A stretch of 20,000 bases of DNA from an uncultured virus (IMG/VR IMGVR_UViG_3300029305_011999) (Duplodnaviria > Heunggongvirae > Uroviricota > Caudoviricetes). The stretch is from the IMG/VR virus record IMGVR_UViG_3300029305_011999. The stretch is one strand, 5' to 3'. The notes beneath the pieces were generated by a model, which had not been told where the DNA came from, did not search any database, and saw only the letters and a list, made by a program, of their open reading frames with translations. This document shows positions 16,046 to 20,000 of the stretch, one piece after another; position 1 is the first letter of the stretch; every line of letters begins with the position of its first letter. Both the position numbers and the translations under genes were made by a program.

Positions 16046-17135
16046 ACTTCAATTGGCGCAAAAGAAGGCAGAATCAGCGATAAAAAAGACTAACAAGAAA
16101 ATCGATGAGTTGGGCACACATACCAGTTCGCTGTATGAGACCTTGCAAACAATTCAAGGCCTTTTTGACCGCATTCGCAATGTTCCTGATGAAGACAGAA
16201 TAAAGTACGAAAACCTGAAAAAGATTCAGTTAACATGGAAACAGCAAGCGGAAAACATCGAACTTGAATACAAAAAAGCTGAAGTTAAAGCGGCGGGACA
16301 AGGCGCTGCTGGCGTAGGTGCAGGTATAGCGGTAGCTGCCCTGGGACCAACGGCTGCGATGGGAATTGCTACGACTTTTGGTGTTGCATCGACAGGAACG
16401 GCAATCTCAACGCTCAGTGGTGCGGCCGCCACTAATGCAGCCTTGGCATGGCTTGGTGGTGGTGCCCTTGCTGCTGGAGGCGGAGGCATGGCTGCTGGTA
16501 GTGCATTTCTTGCTCTCGCAGGTCCTATCGGCTGGGCTATTGCCGGAGTTTCCCTTATCGCAAGTGGTCTAATGTTCTTCAAAACAAAAAGTGATAAAGA
16601 AAGATTAGAAAATATCTTCACTCTCATTAGTGAAAGGGATATTAAATCCTATGAACTTGCCATTGTCGAATTGAGTGAACGTATCAAACGTATTATCAAT
16701 GAATCTGCTAATTTGAACGAAGCTATTACAAGAATAGAAACCTTTGGCACTGATTATCAGCAAATGACCGAAGAACAGCAGTACGCATTGGGTACATATG
16801 TAAATCTTATGGAATCCTCTACGATGTTGTTGGTTGACCCGATATTAGGGTTAAATCCTAAATATACAGAGGACGATTACAAAGCGTTCTGCACAATTAA
16901 AAAAGCTGAACAGAAAAAATATGTAGTTAGCCATAAGTCGATGATAATTACTCTTTGTAACCTGCTTTATAAAATCACTTTAGACGACAAAGACAAAAAG
17001 CTCCTTACAAAGTCTTTGCGAAAAAATAAAGAGTTCTTGAAATCCATTGGAATGGTTAAGAAGGAATTCAGCCTGGATGACATCACATTGGTTGAAAACG
17101 CTTTGAAACAAAGATATAAGCGTGCTGAATATTAA
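16026..17135 (+). CDS. Coiled-coil protein with a central Gly/Ala-rich hydrophobic (glycine-zipper-like) region, 369 aa
   Basis: GGAGG RBS (16013-16017). About 95 aa of uncharged Gly/Ala-rich sequence (16290-16580, including ASTGTAISTLSGAAATNAALAWLGGG) between charged helical regions. Confidence 0.85.
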   Translation: MAKKLTKLQLAQKKAESAIKKTNKKIDELGTHTSSLYETLQTIQGLFDRIRNVPDEDRIKYENLKKIQLTWKQQAENIELEYKKAEVKAAGQGAAGVGAGIAVAALGPTAAMGIATTFGVASTGTAISTLSGAAATNAALAWLGGGALAAGGGGMAAGSAFLALAGPIGWAIAGVSLIASGLMFFKTKSDKERLENIFTLISERDIKSYELAIVELSERIKRIINESANLNEAITRIETFGTDYQQMTEEQQYALGTYVNLMESSTMLLVDPILGLNPKYTEDDYKAFCTIKKAEQKKYVVSHKSMIITLCNLLYKITLDDKDKKLLTKSLRKNKEFLKSIGMVKKEFSLDDITLVENALKQRYKRAEY

Positions 17136-17157
17136 TTTGATACATAGGAGGAGAACA

Positions 17158-18483
17158 ATGGAATACCCAAATCAATATTATGCAGAACTTGCAGGGCTAA
17201 TCATCAAAAGCCCGTCGCTCACGATGAAACAAGGCGAAGTATGTTTCTATGAAGGAAAAGCAAAGTCTTACCAGGTGGTCACTTCTCTGGTAGAAAAACC
17301 AAAGACCAAGACCTCTCTCTTCATAACACCTTGGTTCGGTGGAATTAGAAGGAAAAAAGAAATCCAGGTCAGCGAAAAAACGAATACAGAATACTACAAG
17401 GGCACTCTGTATATCACCAATATGCGTCTTGTGTTTAAATGTAAAGTTGATGCTTTTGATTTAATGATTCCCACTGTCTCATCGGTCAAACAGTATAGGG
17501 ATGGCGTGAGAGTGATTTCTGGGACAAGGTCATTTGATGTGATGACATCGGATGTTCGTCAAGTCCTTCATATCGTTGAACTTATGAATAACGCTTTTAC
17601 TGCCCAAGAAGAAGCACCGGCAAGACCTTCGGCCAATACCAACGTACCTGTTCAATCCAGTTCTCGTTCAAGAAACGATGATCACGCAATTGCAGCGTTT
17701 ATGCATTACTGCGAGTTTGGTGGTGCTGTGCAAAAAGGCACCGATTATTATCCAAGCTATCTGCGCTATGATTACAAGGTGAATGACCCTACAAAGTATA
17801 TGCGGAAATTAGTAGCTGATGGTTTTTTGAAAGCTGCGCCCGCAGAAATTTTGCTGAAGAAGTTAAAGGTTGATGAATTGAAAAAGATTCTCATCGATAA
17901 CGGACTTTCAGACAAGGGTAAGAAAGAAACCTTAATTGAACGCATTGTTGAAAGCGTTGATGTATCGACTCTCAAATTGGCAGAAATCTATGTTCCTACT
18001 GAAATGGGATTAGAGCATTTGGCAAAGTACAACTATCTTTTCGTTATCAAAACCTATGACATTACTCCTGCAGAATACGATGCGAAACAGAAGCAATTGG
18101 GAACAACAAAAGTTAACGATATCATTTGGCAAATACTCGGTGATAAGTTCAACGAAGCCAACACTCAAGGATATTGGGGTCCGGCAAGAAACGCCGTGTT
18201 GAATAAAGCAAAGCTTCTCTCGTCTGAAGAGAAAGAGGTTGATGCTTTATTCCATTACATCGTAGTGCTCTACTACGATTTGAGTGGAAGAAAAGAGGAT
18301 ATGGATCTCGCACCAGGTATTGTTCGTGAGGTTTACGATCGAAAAGAGCATTTTACTGAAGAAATGGTCGGAAGATGTTATGATAGATATCCGCTGCCCC
18401 ATCAACACACCAGCAAGGCTTCTTTTAGAAAAGTGCTTGAATTAATCTTCAATGACGAAACCATTGATTTGTCAAAAATCTAA
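17158..18483 (+). CDS. Protein with PH/GRAM-like N-terminal domain and central SAP-like DNA-binding motif, 441 aa
   Basis: AGGAGGAG RBS (17146-17153) favours ATG 17158 over 17122. GTLYITNMRLVF is a PH-like strand motif; LKKLKVDELKKILIDNGLSDKGKKETLIERIVE (17851-17952) fits the SAP pattern. Confidence 0.8.
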   Translation: MEYPNQYYAELAGLIIKSPSLTMKQGEVCFYEGKAKSYQVVTSLVEKPKTKTSLFITPWFGGIRRKKEIQVSEKTNTEYYKGTLYITNMRLVFKCKVDAFDLMIPTVSSVKQYRDGVRVISGTRSFDVMTSDVRQVLHIVELMNNAFTAQEEAPARPSANTNVPVQSSSRSRNDDHAIAAFMHYCEFGGAVQKGTDYYPSYLRYDYKVNDPTKYMRKLVADGFLKAAPAEILLKKLKVDELKKILIDNGLSDKGKKETLIERIVESVDVSTLKLAEIYVPTEMGLEHLAKYNYLFVIKTYDITPAEYDAKQKQLGTTKVNDIIWQILGDKFNEANTQGYWGPARNAVLNKAKLLSSEEKEVDALFHYIVVLYYDLSGRKEDMDLAPGIVREVYDRKEHFTEEMVGRCYDRYPLPHQHTSKASFRKVLELIFNDETIDLSKI

Positions 18484-18492
18484 TTACAACAC

Positions 18493-18522
18493 AACCCCGG
18501 AGCCAGCATCGGTTCCGGGGTT
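18493..18522. terminator. GC-rich hairpin between convergent genes, probable (bidirectional) intrinsic terminator
   Basis: AACCCCGGAGCC-AGCATC-GGTTCCGGGGTT: 12-bp stem with one G-U pair and a 6-nt loop, between the stops at 18483 (+) and 18526 (-). U-tracts are weak. Confidence 0.75.
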
Positions 18523-18525
18523 AAC

Positions 18526-19002
18526 TTATTCCATCAAATCAAATATGTTTATTACTTTTTTACCGTTTTTCAAGGCATACTGCATCGTTTGATATGCACC
18601 GCCTTCTTCTTTCTCCACAAAGCAAATAAGTAGATCCGCACGGTCTACCATATAGCGATTTCTCTTTTGGATAGCACCCTTGAAATGTCCCATTGCGGAT
18701 TCGGCACAAATTTCCACCTCGTCATAGTATTCGTGGAAAGACTCCTCGTTATCTCTATACTCGGCTGTCTCGTAAGGCATAACCCAGGTTAGAGTGCTAT
18801 TTGCATCAAACACATTCTTTTTCACACGTAGCACAGTAGATGACACGATTTGGTCGAACTCACCATCTCTGCCTACAAGGAAGTCAACGTATTCTTTTGT
18901 AGTTATCAGTTCCCGGATAAGCTCCTCAACTTTCTCCTCCACAAAGGAAAAGTGGTCTATGTACCGATGACCGATAAAAGTAACAGTAAAAATATCGAGC
19001 AT
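18526..19002 (-). CDS. SLOG-superfamily protein (YspA/DUF1273-like), 158 aa
   Basis: VTFIGHR, FLVGRDGEFD, VMPY, KRNRYMVDRADLLICF and GGAYQTMQYALKNGKKVINI are typical of the SLOG Rossmannoid fold. Confidence 0.82.
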   Translation of the reverse strand: MLDIFTVTFIGHRYIDHFSFVEEKVEELIRELITTKEYVDFLVGRDGEFDQIVSSTVLRVKKNVFDANSTLTWVMPYETAEYRDNEESFHEYYDEVEICAESAMGHFKGAIQKRNRYMVDRADLLICFVEKEEGGAYQTMQYALKNGKKVINIFDLME

Positions 19003-19044
19003 TTTTCTTTTGATTTCACTTCCATTTCATTCTTCTCTAAAAAC

Positions 19045-19073
19045 ATTATATCACGGTTTCGATAAGATATAAA
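19045..19073 (-). promoter_or_regulatory. Putative sigma-A promoter for the SLOG gene
   Basis: On the - strand: TTTATA (19073-19068), 17-bp spacer, TATAAT (19050-19045) with a perfect extended -10 TGnTATAAT, about 40 bp upstream of ATG 19002. Confidence 0.6.
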
Positions 19074-19076
19074 GTG

Positions 19077-19487
19077 CTATCGATTAGAATCCTTCTCGGT
19101 ACGTGAACCGGAAATGCGATGGGCTGACATATAGCAAGTGCGGTTACAGTATTTTGCTTCTTTTCGTGGATTGGTAAATACAGCGCCACACCAAGTACAA
19201 GTATGCGTATAGATGGCTTTACGATTAAGAAAATCTCTGTTCTCGCACCACCAACGGGACCGACACTTGTCGGAACAAAACTTCTTTAGGTTAGGACTTT
19301 TTCCTTGGGATATTGGGTTTCCGCAATATAAACAGGTCGTAGTGAGTTTTTCCACTCGTTCAGCCCCGTGTCTTTGTATAAAACTCTTGACGGTATTTCT
19401 TGAGATGCCCAAGGCAACAGATATACTTTTATATCCGTATCCTTGAGCATAAAGCTCCGCAACCTTGATTTTTTGAAATTCGGTCAT
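19077..19487 (-). CDS. HTH (sigma-70 region-4-like) plus Cys-rich Zn-finger protein, 136 aa
   Basis: GYGYKSISVALGISRNTVKSF (HTH); CLYC...KFCSDKC..WW and CTWC...KYCNRTC. Confidence 0.82.
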   Translation of the reverse strand: MTEFQKIKVAELYAQGYGYKSISVALGISRNTVKSFIQRHGAERVEKLTTTCLYCGNPISQGKSPNLKKFCSDKCRSRWWCENRDFLNRKAIYTHTCTWCGAVFTNPRKEAKYCNRTCYMSAHRISGSRTEKDSNR

Positions 19488-19493
19488 AAGTAG

Positions 19494-20000
19494 TTATCCT
19501 TTTTTTCTTGAAGCATGAAAGCAGTCTGTTGAGCAGTATTTTTGTGTTTTTGATGCGGTTCCAAATGTTTTACCACAATGGGCACAAGAGAAGGTATAAA
19601 TTGGCTTTTTATGCGCCCTCCACCATAGGTCCTTGCAACTATGAGAGCAGAATTTTCTTGGTCGATGTTTTGAAATCTCTGTTATAGGCTTACCACATTG
19701 CAAGCAGCAACCGACTTTGGTTTTGACGTTCTCTACATACTTTGGATTATACTGATTTCTAAAATAGAAGACCTTTACGGTGTTTATGTTGCGTACGAGA
19801 GTTTCTGCGATTGAACTGAAAGTGTTCCCGGCAAGTCGAAGATCAATGATTGTTTTCTTTTCATCCTCGGTGAGTCTTTCGCTTCTTGGTGTTGCCTTTT
19901 TACTTATCTTGGGTATCGAGGTCAGAATCGAGACTTCTTCCTCTGGAATATCCATATATACATCTTCAATGTCAATTTCCTCGGCGGATTCCTCAATGTC
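19494..20000 (-). CDS. Paralogous HTH plus Zn-finger protein, probably 5' truncated by the window edge
   Basis: Frame stays open from 19955 to 20000 (DIEESAEEIDIEDVY-MDIP...). GNTFSSIAETLVRNINTVKVF (HTH); CLQC...KFCSHSC..WW and CAHC...KYCSTDC. Confidence 0.78.
   Translation of the reverse strand, partial: DIEESAEEIDIEDVYMDIPEEEVSILTSIPKISKKATPRSERLTEDEKKTIIDLRLAGNTFSSIAETLVRNINTVKVFYFRNQYNPKYVENVKTKVGCCLQCGKPITEISKHRPRKFCSHSCKDLWWRAHKKPIYTFSCAHCGKTFGTASKTQKYCSTDCFHASRKKG

Noticed and set aside
7724..17157. Integron-like cassette array or CRISPR array
   Set aside because: Intergenic gaps are under 50 bp and share only RBS-like sequence; no attC-like or direct repeats, and no integrase or cas gene in the window.
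596..17157. Track start codons at 596, 4155 and 17122
   Set aside because: Downstream ATGs at 617, 4167 and 17158 have well-spaced RBSs and avoid overlap with the upstream genes.
271..17975. Many - strand and alternative-frame ORFs of 60-220 aa in the track
   Set aside because: They overlap longer motif-bearing + strand genes, have no recognisable motifs and look like shadow ORFs.

Overview
Accessory (defence-island or mobile-element cargo) DNA with Firmicutes-style RBSs (AGGAGG/GAGGTG). About 20 tightly packed + strand genes run from 1 to 18483, end at a strong hairpin (18493-18522), and meet three convergent - strand genes (one SLOG protein, two HTH/Zn-finger paralogues). The best candidate for an undescribed system is the five-gene block at 1-7723: DrmA-like SF2 helicase (3' end only), DrmB-like DUF1998 protein, NERD nuclease/SF1 helicase fusion, radical SAM enzyme with a cobalamin-binding-like N-terminus, and a translationally coupled GHKL ATPase. 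This is a DISARM-type core with non-canonical partners; no DrmC or DNA methyltransferase is visible, but the operon's 5' part lies outside the window. By my manual scan, 1-7749 contains no GATC, CATG, GGCC or CGCG, whereas all four occur downstream. The downstream array has three unrelated ORFs sharing one ~70-aa domain, an acidic repeat protein, a GNAT, a YunG-like protein, a lipoprotein with a GGADGPT motif, a possible two-component membrane effector and a PH-like/SAP protein. All family calls come from motif recognition by eye; no database search was run.
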